Source of the DNA: an uncultured Gammaproteobacteria bacterium
Lineage (GTDB): Bacteria; Patescibacteriota; Patescibacteriia; SBBC01; CAIJZX01
Assembly: GCA_964383765.1 (NCBI GenBank)
Contig: CAYLHT010000004.1
Span: 3,539-67,538, forward strand
DNA length: 64,000 nt
Direction: 5' to 3'
Made by a program: the position numbers and the translations under genes. The notes beneath the pieces are model-generated. The model was not told where the DNA came from. It was given only the letters and a program-made list of their open reading frames with translations, and made no database searches. Shown piece after piece: positions 9,155 through 18,608 of this stretch (position 1 is the first letter of the stretch; each line of letters opens with the position of its first letter).

Positions 9155-9841
9155 TTAGTAGGTTGGACTGGAGGCGCCGTGTGCAAAGATAGAGACGAGA
9201 ATCGAAAGCAGGAGAAAGGCGCCCCCGATGCAGAAGATGACAATCCCCCAGATGCCCCACTGTCGCTGGACCTGTTTAAACTGATCGACGCTCTCCCAGC
9301 GGCCGGCTTTCCAGGCCCACTCGTTACCTTTGATCCCTAGGACAATCCACCAAACGTAACTGAGAACTGGAACGAAGCTTAAGAGAGATAACCAAACGCT
9401 ATGTGAGATTCCCCAAATCCAGGTTAAGCCGGCTGCTCCCCAGTTCCAACCCTCGATCTCAGGCGGCACCACCGACGCATCCCCTTTGCCTGACCGTTCG
9501 TCATAGTGACTATCGGGAGCAATGGTTTTTTTATTCAAGAACACGATGCCGAGAGGGACAAAGACAAAGATGCCGATCACCCCGAGGAGCGCCACGAGCC
9601 CGAGAATAAGATTGATAATTTTTATTACTGTCGTGCCGAGCGTTACCGAATCGCCACTCGGATTGGTCGTCCGCGAAATAAAAATGACAATCGCCCAAAT
9701 GAACAGTGTGGCAACCAGGGTCAGGAACGGCAACAGGATAAAAAATATTCCGAGTTTTTTATTTTTGTTCGAGACGACCATCGCAGTATTCTGCGGGGGT
9801 TTTGGAACTTCTGTAGTAGTTGATTTTTTGGTTGGGCTCAT
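9155..9841 (-). CDS. Hypothetical membrane protein with WNWGA motif
   Basis: PPEIEGWNWGAAGLTWIWGI...LGIKGNEWAW motif; several TM helices; start taken at MSPTKK. Confidence 0.7.
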   Translation of the reverse strand: MSPTKKSTTTEVPKPPQNTAMVVSNKNKKLGIFFILLPFLTLVATLFIWAIVIFISRTTNPSGDSVTLGTTVIKIINLILGLVALLGVIGIFVFVPLGIVFLNKKTIAPDSHYDERSGKGDASVVPPEIEGWNWGAAGLTWIWGISHSVWLSLLSFVPVLSYVWWIVLGIKGNEWAWKAGRWESVDQFKQVQRQWGIWGIVIFCIGGAFLLLSILVSIFAHGASSPTY

Positions 9842-9989
9842 GACAATACGATACGACAGCAACCGATCAGTGTAAAGGGCCACTTGCCTTTGATGGATCC
9901 CTCTTTAAGACTTGACTTTCCTATTCTTTCAGGTAAGGTCTCGTCGTTAAGCCGACATCGCGCCGTCCAACCCTTTCAAGGAGTATCCC

Positions 9990-10382
9990 ATGGCCATGGA
10001 TTGGAAGCTACGCTCGTTCTGGAACGTCTATCAGCGACTGGCGCCCTTGATTGGACCGGTGCACATCGTCCGGCTCAACCCAGCCGATGGTCGCCAGCCG
10101 GTCATGCTGTGTCAACGCCTCGGCGTTCGGCTCGTCACCCGCCAGGAATACCTGGATGCCGTCTCGTCCGGTCTGACCCACGCTCCCGGATTTCCGATCG
10201 CCGTTGCTGACCTGTTCTACGACAACTGGGGTGATACGATCCGACATGGCTACTTCGTCAACCCCTACCCGAGCCCTCGTCCCGCCTGGGCCGATGAGTA
10301 CTACAATTGGAGGCAACGTCGCGTCAGACGGCCGTTCCATCAGCTCTGGCGTTTCGCCGTCGCTCGGGTGGCCACTGTGTAG
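9990..10382 (+). CDS. Hypothetical protein
   Basis: AAGGAG upstream of the ATG; followed by a hairpin plus T-tract. Confidence 0.6.
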   Translation: MAMDWKLRSFWNVYQRLAPLIGPVHIVRLNPADGRQPVMLCQRLGVRLVTRQEYLDAVSSGLTHAPGFPIAVADLFYDNWGDTIRHGYFVNPYPSPRPAWADEYYNWRQRRVRRPFHQLWRFAVARVATV

Positions 10383-10391
10383 CCATCAACC

Positions 10392-10423
10392 ACCGCTTGG
10401 TTTCATGACCTGGCGGTGTTTTA
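10392..10423 (+). terminator. Intrinsic terminator candidate
   Basis: CACCGC...GCGGTG followed by TTTT. Confidence 0.5.
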
Positions 10424-10450
10424 TTGCTTGCACCTTTCGTTCCGTTGAAA

Positions 10451-11431
10451 CTAGTCTACGTGGATTCGTTTACGATAATCAGCAATCATGGGAATCCGAC
10501 TGACATACCCTGGATACATATCGACATAATGCCCGCGCAGGTCTTCTGGCTTCTGCCCGCCATACCGACCGGCCAGCCGCTCGTACTCGAAGGCCGGCGT
10601 TGTGAGATCGCCGCCCCGCACCCATTTTTCGCGTAATCCGGTGGATCCAATCGGTCCATGCGCCTCGATCGCTCCGATCCAGATCCGTCCCTCGCCATCG
10701 CGGCAAAAAATGTAGGTAAATTTTTCATCGTTCGAAGGCAGAGCCTCCATCTCGACCGGTCCGTATAAGGTTGTCGACTGACGCCAACGCTGTCCGTGGG
10801 CACGCATATTTGGCATCTGATTGAGATCGGAGAGCTTGACCTTCTCCGGTTCAAGTTTTCCACCCACCCGAAAGTATTCTCCGGTTAACTCAATCGCTCG
10901 ACGGTCGACCTGATTCCGGTAGGTTTGGGATCGATCAATCGCGTGCGCCGTTCCAGCTAAAACTAAGTCTGGATGTTCAAGTTCCAGGGCTGATCGTCCG
11001 CTGATGTCTGCCAACCCAGGCTGCACTAACGTAGGAACAGTGACGCTTTCTTCACTGTACCCTTTCGAGTACCACTCCACCTTTCCATCGTGTGAGGTGT
11101 AGGTAGGTAAATAGCGCCACAGCCCGTGAGAGTTACTTAAGTAATAGCTGCGAGCGACGACGTTCCCTTGGTGTTCAATATACGCCACGACCGCCTTCCG
11201 ACCTTCATGCAATGCGTATGGATCAGACGACAGCCAACGAACGCCCTCTGACTCGGCCAATTGATGGCGCGGTTGTAAGGATAATTCGCGCAACGTGGCC
11301 TGGTCGAGCTCAACCCCATAAAACGGATCGCCGTGGATTTCGGTTCGTTTAAGAGTCTCAGCTTGCTCCGCCAGCGAAAGTTCTTGAACGGCCTCGGGTG
11401 GCAGTGATGGTTGGGGTTCACGTTCGGACAT
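10451..11431 (-). CDS. Hypothetical protein
   Basis: 326-aa ORF; TATACT 7 nt upstream of the ATG. Confidence 0.7.
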   Translation of the reverse strand: MSEREPQPSLPPEAVQELSLAEQAETLKRTEIHGDPFYGVELDQATLRELSLQPRHQLAESEGVRWLSSDPYALHEGRKAVVAYIEHQGNVVARSYYLSNSHGLWRYLPTYTSHDGKVEWYSKGYSEESVTVPTLVQPGLADISGRSALELEHPDLVLAGTAHAIDRSQTYRNQVDRRAIELTGEYFRVGGKLEPEKVKLSDLNQMPNMRAHGQRWRQSTTLYGPVEMEALPSNDEKFTYIFCRDGEGRIWIGAIEAHGPIGSTGLREKWVRGGDLTTPAFEYERLAGRYGGQKPEDLRGHYVDMYPGYVSRIPMIADYRKRIHVD

Positions 11432-11503
11432 GGATCTGAGTATACACCAATTCAGAATACTACGAGCTGATCAAAGCATCAGAATGGATCCTGCCGATAA
11501 CCG

Positions 11504-11532
11504 TTGACTATTTGAACGCTTTTAGTTATTCT
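11504..11532 (+). promoter_or_regulatory. Sigma70-type promoter of tRNA-Lys
   Basis: TTGACT-17nt-TATTCT. Confidence 0.6.
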
Positions 11533-11549
11533 TGCTTACTGAAAAGTAT

Positions 11550-11621
11550 GGGTCCCTAACTCAATGGTAGAGTATCAGCCTTTTAAGCTGAGAGTTCTGG
11601 GTTCGAATCCCAGGGGACCCA
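11550..11621 (+). tRNA. tRNA-Lys(TTT), CCA not encoded
   Basis: GGGTCCC/GGGACCC acceptor stem, anticodon arm TCAGC-CTTTTAA-GCTGA, T-loop GGTTCGAATCC. Confidence 0.97.
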
Positions 11622-11625
11622 CTAA

Positions 11626-11805
11626 CGTCGGCGAAACCGACATTAATAATTTACTGCGTAGTCCGGGTACGGTCACAAAACTGTGCCCCTGGGACGAGAA
11701 GGGTTGAAGTGAGCTAGTCGAGCCAGGCTCGACGCAGCGAACGATCGGCGAGTTGCCGGTGGCAAGTCGCCGCAACCCAGGACAGAGTCCCAGGGGGGGC
11801 CACTA
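11626..11805 (+). repeat. Structured element ending in a degenerate copy of the tRNA-Lys 3' end
   Basis: GAGTCCCAGGGGGGGCCACTA (11785-11805) versus tRNA GAATCCCAGGGGACCCACTA; nested hairpins. Confidence 0.6.
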
Positions 11806-11859
11806 ATTGAGACAACTTTTTAAGAAATCGCCGAATCTCGGCGAAGGTCTGCATAAACA

Positions 11860-12429
11860 ATGAGTTCGAAAAAGACTCAGGGCCAGGCGCCAGAACGGAG
11901 AATAATAAAGCTAAGAGCTGAGATCGAATCGATTGAGTCTTTCTTTTATGGTGCCAAAGATGGCGATAATGATGATGCTTTCTTCATGTTGAAGATAAAA
12001 CGAGACAATGTTATCAGAGGCATGATATTGGAGTTACATTTATCAATCGAAGATCTACTCAATGGCGTCATCAAAAGCCACATTCTAAGTACAAAGACTG
12101 GGAAAGAGCTGGTTGCTTCTTCAGCGGTTGACGAGTTGCTTGTTGGTGAGAGGGCGATGGGTTTTAAGCAGAAAATAATCTATCTGAAAGCTGCATCATT
12201 GATTCGGCCTCAACTTTTCAATGACTTAGATACATTAAACCGACTAAGGAATAAAGCAGGGCACAATTGGACACTAAATCGCGTTATTAGAAAAAAGATA
12301 AAGCGGAATAAGAGGAAAAGGCCATTGCTTGAATATAAGGGTCGTAATTTGTATCAACATGAAGTCATCAAGGAATTTATTGCCCACTACGGAAGGATTT
12401 ATTATCGCTTGTGGCTGAAATTCGCTTGA
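11860..12429 (+). CDS. HEPN/MtlR-like domain protein
   Basis: All-helical pattern with E..L and LNRLRNKAGH (RxxxxH); AT-rich. Confidence 0.6.
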   Translation: MSSKKTQGQAPERRIIKLRAEIESIESFFYGAKDGDNDDAFFMLKIKRDNVIRGMILELHLSIEDLLNGVIKSHILSTKTGKELVASSAVDELLVGERAMGFKQKIIYLKAASLIRPQLFNDLDTLNRLRNKAGHNWTLNRVIRKKIKRNKRKRPLLEYKGRNLYQHEVIKEFIAHYGRIYYRLWLKFA

Positions 12430-12548
12430 AATCATTCAGCTTGGGTCAATCAGTCCGATACAGTGGTGGAAAGTAGAAGTCATCGGCTTCAAACAACCAA
12501 GTTCGAAGACGGATGCAAGAGGGTTCACCGTTCGGTATATCACGGGCT

Positions 12549-14144
12549 TTACGGCAACCGATAAATCGTCACGTGCGGCCCGCGACGGAGTTTCAGGTCG
12601 AGGGTGCGTAAGACTGACCAATCGCTCGCATAGAGTAATTGATTATTGTTCCAATCAGGATTTGGGTACGGCGGGAAATCAGCTGCCACCTTGGTTTGGG
12701 TGATCACGTTATCATACCCAGCCGCCACGTGTGCATACGACGAATCAGCGCCGTACCGATCAGCGGTGCGTGCGAGTGCACTTCGACTCCCAGCCGCGAT
12801 TAACACATGTTCATTGTGTTGCTGATAATATGTCGGCGGATGGAGACCGAGGGAACTTGTCGTAATGACCGTATAGCGATCACTCAAGACCGGACCATAC
12901 GGTTCGACGACTAGGGTTGAACCAGCCGGAACATTTTCCAGTACCCATTCTCGAGCTTGTTCAGCGGTGTGCGATAATTGAAATCCAACCACCGTCCGCC
13001 CTAAACGAACTGCCGGAGCAATGAAAACGAGTGCGAGCACGACGAATACGAGCGCACGTGGTTTGACTAAGTGCCAGAACCAGACTAACCCAGCGGCCAT
13101 TGGCACTGTCAGTAGTGTCGTGACCGGAATCATCCACCGATCCCAAGACTGGCTGGTCAAACTGATCGTCGCAATGTAGATCAACGCGGCGATGAATGGG
13201 ACGTCAATCCACGCGTGCCATCCTTTTTTTGTACTCCAAAGATATGACCCTAAACCTAGCAGGGCTAATCCAGTCCCAAGCTCCCAATTCAGCGCCTTGA
13301 AATAATTCATTAAATTATGCCACGGGCCAAGATCAGTATGAATGTTGTGATGCTGAATGATTTCTAAAGCTAAGTCGTGTGCGGCTCGCAGGGGTGTGAT
13401 AAATAAAAACGGTGCAGTCACAAAGATCGTAGTGAATGCAACCAAGCCGGCAACTGCCCAACGTCGCCAGATCATCCGGCCATGCCGCCACAGATGAACC
13501 CAAACGACGGGCAATCCGATCAGGAGTAATACCGAAGTAAACTTTTCGGTGATTGCCAGCCCGAAAGCAACCGCACCGACGAACCAGTCTCGACTCGATT
13601 TCGTTCCTTCTAAGATTCGAATCATGACCGAGACCGCGATGAGCAGGAATGTCGTTTGCCAAATGTCTGGCCGGATGACGTGACTGTGGTCAATCAAGTA
13701 GAAATTGAACCCGACCAGCGCGGCGGCGGTTAGACCCACGGCCGGTGAATAGCGCCGGCCGAGCTTGTACACCAATCCGACCGCCACCGTTCCCATCATG
13801 GCTGACAACAATCTGCCGAGCACAATGAACGGCGTTGGGTTTTGACGAAAGGCCTGAGCAGCCGAGAGATGGGTATGGTCAGCAATATTCATTGCTGAAT
13901 TCCAGATCCCCCATACAAAACCCGTGATGTAAATTTGCGGTTGAGCCGGCGCGCCGAACCAACCCGGATTCAATCCCCCGTTCGCAATCCGGAGCGCCGG
14001 GGTGGTGAAGAACGGCTCATCAGTAAATGACAGTCTCGGTAAACCGTACCCAATCTGCCAAATCCGCAAACCAAAACTAACGACAATAATTAGGACTAAC
14101 CACCGAGTGGCAGTTGACCAGCGTTGCGGATTGAATTGGATCAT
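12549..14144 (-). CDS. GT-C fold membrane glycosyltransferase (ArnT/PMT family 39/83-like)
   Basis: TM1 followed by a DE motif (FTDEP), LNPGWF, RLLSA, RPD; many TM helices. Confidence 0.85.
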   Translation of the reverse strand: MIQFNPQRWSTATRWLVLIIVVSFGLRIWQIGYGLPRLSFTDEPFFTTPALRIANGGLNPGWFGAPAQPQIYITGFVWGIWNSAMNIADHTHLSAAQAFRQNPTPFIVLGRLLSAMMGTVAVGLVYKLGRRYSPAVGLTAAALVGFNFYLIDHSHVIRPDIWQTTFLLIAVSVMIRILEGTKSSRDWFVGAVAFGLAITEKFTSVLLLIGLPVVWVHLWRHGRMIWRRWAVAGLVAFTTIFVTAPFLFITPLRAAHDLALEIIQHHNIHTDLGPWHNLMNYFKALNWELGTGLALLGLGSYLWSTKKGWHAWIDVPFIAALIYIATISLTSQSWDRWMIPVTTLLTVPMAAGLVWFWHLVKPRALVFVVLALVFIAPAVRLGRTVVGFQLSHTAEQAREWVLENVPAGSTLVVEPYGPVLSDRYTVITTSSLGLHPPTYYQQHNEHVLIAAGSRSALARTADRYGADSSYAHVAAGYDNVITQTKVAADFPPYPNPDWNNNQLLYASDWSVLRTLDLKLRRGPHVTIYRLP

Positions 14145-14698
14145 GTCCGTGCCGGACTCGATTGCTTGGCCCGGTCAATCAATTTGTAAAAGATTTCGCG
14201 GGTGGTGACGACGTCGACTAAAGCGCGGTGGGCGCTGAGTTGCGGAACCTTGAGATAAGCCGCGACATTACCGAGTCGGTAGCTGGCCAATAAAAGATAT
14301 CGCTTGGCGATGTCGAGTGTGTCAATGGTTTGGTTTGTCAGCGCTGGCCGGCCGAGACGCTGCAAATGGGCGTTAATAAAGCCAATATCAAACGGCGCGT
14401 TATGGGCAATGATAATAGCTGGGCCGATGAAATCAACCAATTCTGGGATGACGTCATCTGCTGCCCGACCTTCAGTTTGCAAGAGTTCATCGGTAATGCC
14501 ATTCTTGGCGTGAAAGGCTACAACATCGATGGGAAGTGGGCGAGAGGGTTTGATGAGGTGCACAAATTCCCCCACGACGTCCCGACCACGGATTTTTTGG
14601 GCGCCGATTTCAATGACTTCGTGACCTTTGGCCGGTTCCAGGCCGGTGGTTTCGACGTCGAGCACCACGAATTCAGATGGTAGGCTGACTAGTGACAT
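14141..14698 (-). CDS. DEDDh 3'-5' exonuclease (DnaQ/PolC-exo-like)
   Basis: VLDVETTGL, EIGA, AHNAPFD, HRALVD. Confidence 0.92.
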   Translation of the reverse strand: MSLVSLPSEFVVLDVETTGLEPAKGHEVIEIGAQKIRGRDVVGEFVHLIKPSRPLPIDVVAFHAKNGITDELLQTEGRAADDVIPELVDFIGPAIIIAHNAPFDIGFINAHLQRLGRPALTNQTIDTLDIAKRYLLLASYRLGNVAAYLKVPQLSAHRALVDVVTTREIFYKLIDRAKQSSPART

Positions 14699-14780
14699 AG
14701 GTTAGGATGATACGTGAAAACTAGCCAGTTTTCAACGGCAATGTGGATGGTCATCGGGGAAAAGTTGGGTACAGGGGGCG

Positions 14781-14809
14781 TTGTCTGACCTCTGCCTTTC
14801 CAGTACACT
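14781..14809 (+). promoter_or_regulatory. Promoter of dnaB (near-leaderless)
   Basis: TTGTCT-17nt-TACACT, 9 nt before the ATG. Confidence 0.5.
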
Positions 14810-14818
14810 ACGTGGGCT

Positions 14819-16186
14819 ATGGCCGACGCGATGACCGAACTGAAAACCCCGCCCCAAGCCTTGGAAGCTGAGCAGGCGGCGTTGGGGTCGTTACTCATCG
14901 ATAAAGACGCAATCGTCCGGATTGCCGACTTGGTCAGTCCGGAAGACTTTTACAGCGATAAGCACCGTTTGGTGTTTGACGCCATGTTAACGCTCTATCA
15001 AAAACACGAACCGATTGACATCGTTTCGCTCTCAACGGTCCTGCAAGAACGCGGTCAATTAGACACTATCGGCGGACGGAGTTTCCTCGTGTCGTTGTCC
15101 AACGCGGTCCCAACCGCCGCCAATGTCATTCAATACGCAAAAATAATCCAGAAGAAATCGACCTTACGCCGGTTGTTGTCGGCGGCCACCAGCATGGTTC
15201 AACTCGGTCACCAGGAAACCGAAGATGTCAGCACGCTCCTCGATCAAGCCGAGCAATCACTGTTCAGCGTTTCCCAGCGCTACCTCAAGCAAAACTTCAT
15301 CAACATTCGTGACATTCTCGATGAAGCCTTTGACCGAATTGATAAACTCCATCACGAGGGCGGCGGGTTGCGCGGCATCCCAACTGGCTTCACCCAGCTT
15401 GACAACATTCTCGGCGGATTACAAAAATCCGATTTGATTGTGTTGGCGGCGCGGCCGAGCGTTGGGAAAACCTCGTTAGCGCTTGATATTGCCCGCCACG
15501 TTGGCATTACCAGCAAGCTACCGGTCGGTGTTTTCAGCTTAGAAATGTCGAAAGAACAACTGGTCGATCGCTTGTTGTCATCGCAAGCTGACGTTGAGCT
15601 TTGGAAAATGCGCACTGGCCGCTTGAAAGATGACGAAGACTTTCAACGGATAGGTCATGCCATGGGTTTGCTGGCCGAAGCGCCGATCTACATCGATGAC
15701 AGCGCCACCTCGAATATTCTGGAAATCCGCACCAAGGCCCGACGATTACAAGCTGAGCATAAAGGCTTAGGACTAATCGTGATCGATTACCTCCAGTTGA
15801 TGGAAAGCCGTTCCGGAGAAAACCGAACCCAGGAAATCTCGGAAATTACGCGCGGTTTAAAATCGATTGCGCGCGAGCTGAATGTACCAGTCTTAGCACT
15901 TTCACAGTTGTCCCGTGCAGTTGAAGCCGAACGCCCACCAATTCCAAAACTTGCCCACCTTCGCGAATCCGGTTCGATTGAGCAGGATGCGGACGTGGTG
16001 CTCTTCATTTACCGCCCGGCGGTCTACGATCCAGACATCGAAGCCGAGAAAAAGAATTTGGCGGAAATCTTTGTGGCCAAGCACCGCAACGGCCCGACTG
16101 GTAGAGTCAGACTCTCATTCATCGAACGCCGCGCCTCCTTTGACAATCGTGAGGAACGGATGGATGAGTCGCAGTTTGGATCGTAG
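14819..16186 (+). CDS. dnaB: Replicative DNA helicase
   Basis: PPQALEAEQAALG, AARPSVGKT, FSLEMS, IDYLQL, LSQLSR, LRESGSIEQDAD, KHRNGPTG. Confidence 0.98.
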   Translation: MADAMTELKTPPQALEAEQAALGSLLIDKDAIVRIADLVSPEDFYSDKHRLVFDAMLTLYQKHEPIDIVSLSTVLQERGQLDTIGGRSFLVSLSNAVPTAANVIQYAKIIQKKSTLRRLLSAATSMVQLGHQETEDVSTLLDQAEQSLFSVSQRYLKQNFINIRDILDEAFDRIDKLHHEGGGLRGIPTGFTQLDNILGGLQKSDLIVLAARPSVGKTSLALDIARHVGITSKLPVGVFSLEMSKEQLVDRLLSSQADVELWKMRTGRLKDDEDFQRIGHAMGLLAEAPIYIDDSATSNILEIRTKARRLQAEHKGLGLIVIDYLQLMESRSGENRTQEISEITRGLKSIARELNVPVLALSQLSRAVEAERPPIPKLAHLRESGSIEQDADVVLFIYRPAVYDPDIEAEKKNLAEIFVAKHRNGPTGRVRLSFIERRASFDNREERMDESQFGS

Positions 16187-16187
16187 T

Positions 16188-16267
16188 TGTCATTTCGAGC
16201 GAAGCGAGAAATCTACTTTGTGCAGTTCGTCCGGCTAGATTTCTCGCCCGTTGGGCTCGAAATGACA
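16188..16267. repeat. Palindromic REP/MITE-like repeat, copy 2
   Basis: TGTCATTTCGAGCGAAGCGAGAAATCT...AGATTTCTCGCCC...GCTCGAAATGACA. Confidence 0.85.
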
Positions 16268-16289
16268 AATGGTGCTATACTCTAGATCT

Positions 16290-16595
16290 ATGGCAATGTT
16301 TTCGAAGTTAAAGCAGTACAAAGACCTGCGTGATCAAGCCAAGACCATGCAGAATGCCTTGGCGGACGAAACCGTCTACGCCGACGCGAATGGCGGCAAG
16401 GTCCAAATTGTGATGGACGGCAATCAGCACATCAACGGCGTCCAGATTGATCCCGAGTATCTCAAGTCTGAGAAAAAACAGTCGCTGGAAAAAGATTTGC
16501 GGTCGGCCTTTAACGATGCGGTCAAAAAATCTCAAATGGCCATGGCCAAGAAGGCCAAGGAAATGGGTAATCTGAATTTGCCCGGGTTGTCCTAA
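16290..16595 (+). CDS. ybaB: YbaB/EbfC family nucleoid-associated protein
   Basis: QAKTMQ...GKVQIVMDGNQ...IDP...AFNDAVKK; lies upstream of recR. Confidence 0.9.
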   Translation: MAMFSKLKQYKDLRDQAKTMQNALADETVYADANGGKVQIVMDGNQHINGVQIDPEYLKSEKKQSLEKDLRSAFNDAVKKSQMAMAKKAKEMGNLNLPGLS

Positions 16596-16597
16596 CC

Positions 16598-17197
16598 ATG
16601 CCGCAGTATCCGCCGGCGATTGACCGGCTGTTAAAAGCACTCACGAGTTTGCCAGGTGTCGGTCCTAAAACTGCCGAACGGTATGTATTTTCATTACTTC
16701 GCCAATCGCCTCAACGTTTACATGAACTAGCCGAGTCGGTCGAACACCTGCGCGATTCGATTGTGGCGTGCCAACGATGTCATAACTTCGACCAACAATC
16801 CCCCTGCCAGTACTGCCAAGACTCGAAGCGTGACCAACACACGATTTGTGTCGTGACTGATGCACCGGACGTGATTGCCATTGAGCACAGCGGCGTGTAT
16901 CACGGGCTGTATCACGTCCTCGGTGGTACTGTCAGTCCAATGGAAGGCCGCGGACCGGAACAATTGTTCATCAAGGATTTACTGGATCGCATCCCTAAAG
17001 AAGAGGTTACCGAAGTGATTCTGGCAGTCAATCCGGACATTGAGGGTGAAACCACGGCGCTCTACCTGAAAAAAGCCTTAAAAGAATCTGGGGTCAAAGT
17101 CACGCAACTCGCCCGCGGTATTCCAACTGGTGGGGACGTGACGTATTTAGATGAAACAACATTGGCCGAGGCGATTAGTCACCGGCAGGCGGCGTAA
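16598..17197 (+). CDS. recR: Recombination mediator RecR
   Basis: LPGVGPKTAER, C4 zinc finger, YHVLGG, EVILAVNPDIEGETTA, LARGIP. Confidence 0.97.
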   Translation: MPQYPPAIDRLLKALTSLPGVGPKTAERYVFSLLRQSPQRLHELAESVEHLRDSIVACQRCHNFDQQSPCQYCQDSKRDQHTICVVTDAPDVIAIEHSGVYHGLYHVLGGTVSPMEGRGPEQLFIKDLLDRIPKEEVTEVILAVNPDIEGETTALYLKKALKESGVKVTQLARGIPTGGDVTYLDETTLAEAISHRQAA

Positions 17198-17203
17198 AAC
17201 TCC

Positions 17204-18556
17204 CTAGTCCGCGAAGAATGGATACACTGTTCGGCCGCCATCAATTTCTTTTATGGTCGACAATTTTTTTGACGTCGTGTTGTACGCATTAAATATCACT
17301 TTCATCGTTACATTATCTCTTGGAACCGGGTACCGGATTGAAGTTTCAAAAACAAAAATACTTCCATTCGATGGGAAAGCGGGGTATTGATCCCATTGTA
17401 GAGAAGACGTATTGGGGTCGAATTTCGGTTCCTCAAAAAACTTGGTCGCTGTTCCTGTAGTAACATCGATTACGTAACCGCTATGAGAAAAGCTGAGAAC
17501 CAGTTGACTGTTATTATTAAACCATTCGAGGTTATAGATATAGCCAAGTACGTTTTCCGGCGATGCATCCTTAACATCACTTAATGTAAGTGTCAGGCTA
17601 GGGGTTGTGATATTCGGTAGATCAAAGATGTGTATTTTTAAGGGGGAGCTGTCTGGTACCGGAATAGCCATTTTTTTGCCGTCCGATGAAAAGGCTGGTC
17701 CCGAGTTGTTGCCATAATCCGCTGATTTAACCTTTGATCCGTCCTGTTGGGAGATGCGGGTAACTGGGCTCGCGCTTCCAATCCCTTCGCCGGCCCGATG
17801 GGTGTACAAAAAGCCGTTCTCTTGATCCCACAGATCATAGAAAGTATCCAGATTAGATGGCCCCAGTATGATTTGGTCGGTTAAAAAAGTATAGGTATAA
17901 TATTTGCTTGATACTGGATTCGGACCGGCGAACTCACTTTTATAGGCTTCCGAGTTTTTATCGAACTTGGCATACTGCACAATGACCTGGTGCAAGTCAG
18001 AGGAGTAGACATACGGACCGACCACTTCATAGACGGTTTCGCCGGTCAGTGGGTTCGGGAGGCTCGTGGATTGGATGGTGTTTTTTTCTCGATCCCACAG
18101 CCAAATTTTTCCATTGCCCTGTAACCAAGCCAAACGATATTGATCAAAGGTCAACCGAGTGTACCCAGCAGGGGTCGTTTCTGGATTTGAAGCTTTACCA
18201 TCATAGGTAATCGTTTGCAGCGTGTTGATAGTCTCGCTCCCGGTTGCTTGGGTGGAGTAGAAAATTCGTCCTGACCCGAGTGGCTGTTGATTGATTCTGC
18301 TGATGCTGGTGTTGGTAACCACTGGGACATTTTCATTTTGAAAGAATTCGCACGGATTCTCGACGGTCCCGCCTAAACACGGTGCATTATTATTTTTATT
18401 GTGAGTCGGGAAAAGTTCATCGATCGACGCGGGTTGAACTGAGTCTGGGGACCACGGCCATTTCAATCCCGGTGTCACCGCCCAGTACACAAGCACAATA
18501 AACCCAGCAATGGCCAAGGCCATCACAGCGATCGGGAGAATATTGCCTTTGCGCAT
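17204..18556 (-). CDS. Membrane-anchored beta-propeller-like (TolB/WD40-like) surface protein
   Basis: The ORF track labels it +, but CAT at 18554-18556 and CTA at 17204-17206 place it on the - strand; N-terminal TM helix; PAFSSDGKKMA and LEWFNNNSQL repeats. Confidence 0.7.
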   Translation of the reverse strand: MRKGNILPIAVMALAIAGFIVLVYWAVTPGLKWPWSPDSVQPASIDELFPTHNKNNNAPCLGGTVENPCEFFQNENVPVVTNTSISRINQQPLGSGRIFYSTQATGSETINTLQTITYDGKASNPETTPAGYTRLTFDQYRLAWLQGNGKIWLWDREKNTIQSTSLPNPLTGETVYEVVGPYVYSSDLHQVIVQYAKFDKNSEAYKSEFAGPNPVSSKYYTYTFLTDQIILGPSNLDTFYDLWDQENGFLYTHRAGEGIGSASPVTRISQQDGSKVKSADYGNNSGPAFSSDGKKMAIPVPDSSPLKIHIFDLPNITTPSLTLTLSDVKDASPENVLGYIYNLEWFNNNSQLVLSFSHSGYVIDVTTGTATKFFEEPKFDPNTSSLQWDQYPAFPSNGSIFVFETSIRYPVPRDNVTMKVIFNAYNTTSKKLSTIKEIDGGRTVYPFFAD

Positions 18557-18608
18557 TGGTTTTACCTATACACAGTCTATCACAAAACTCCCCTGGCGGG
18601 GAGATTGG

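Noticed and set aside
17204-18556. ORF track strand label '+' for the 450-aa protein
   Set aside because: The listed protein (MRKGN...FFAD) is encoded by the reverse complement: the start CAT is at 18554-18556 and the stop CTA at 17204-17206.
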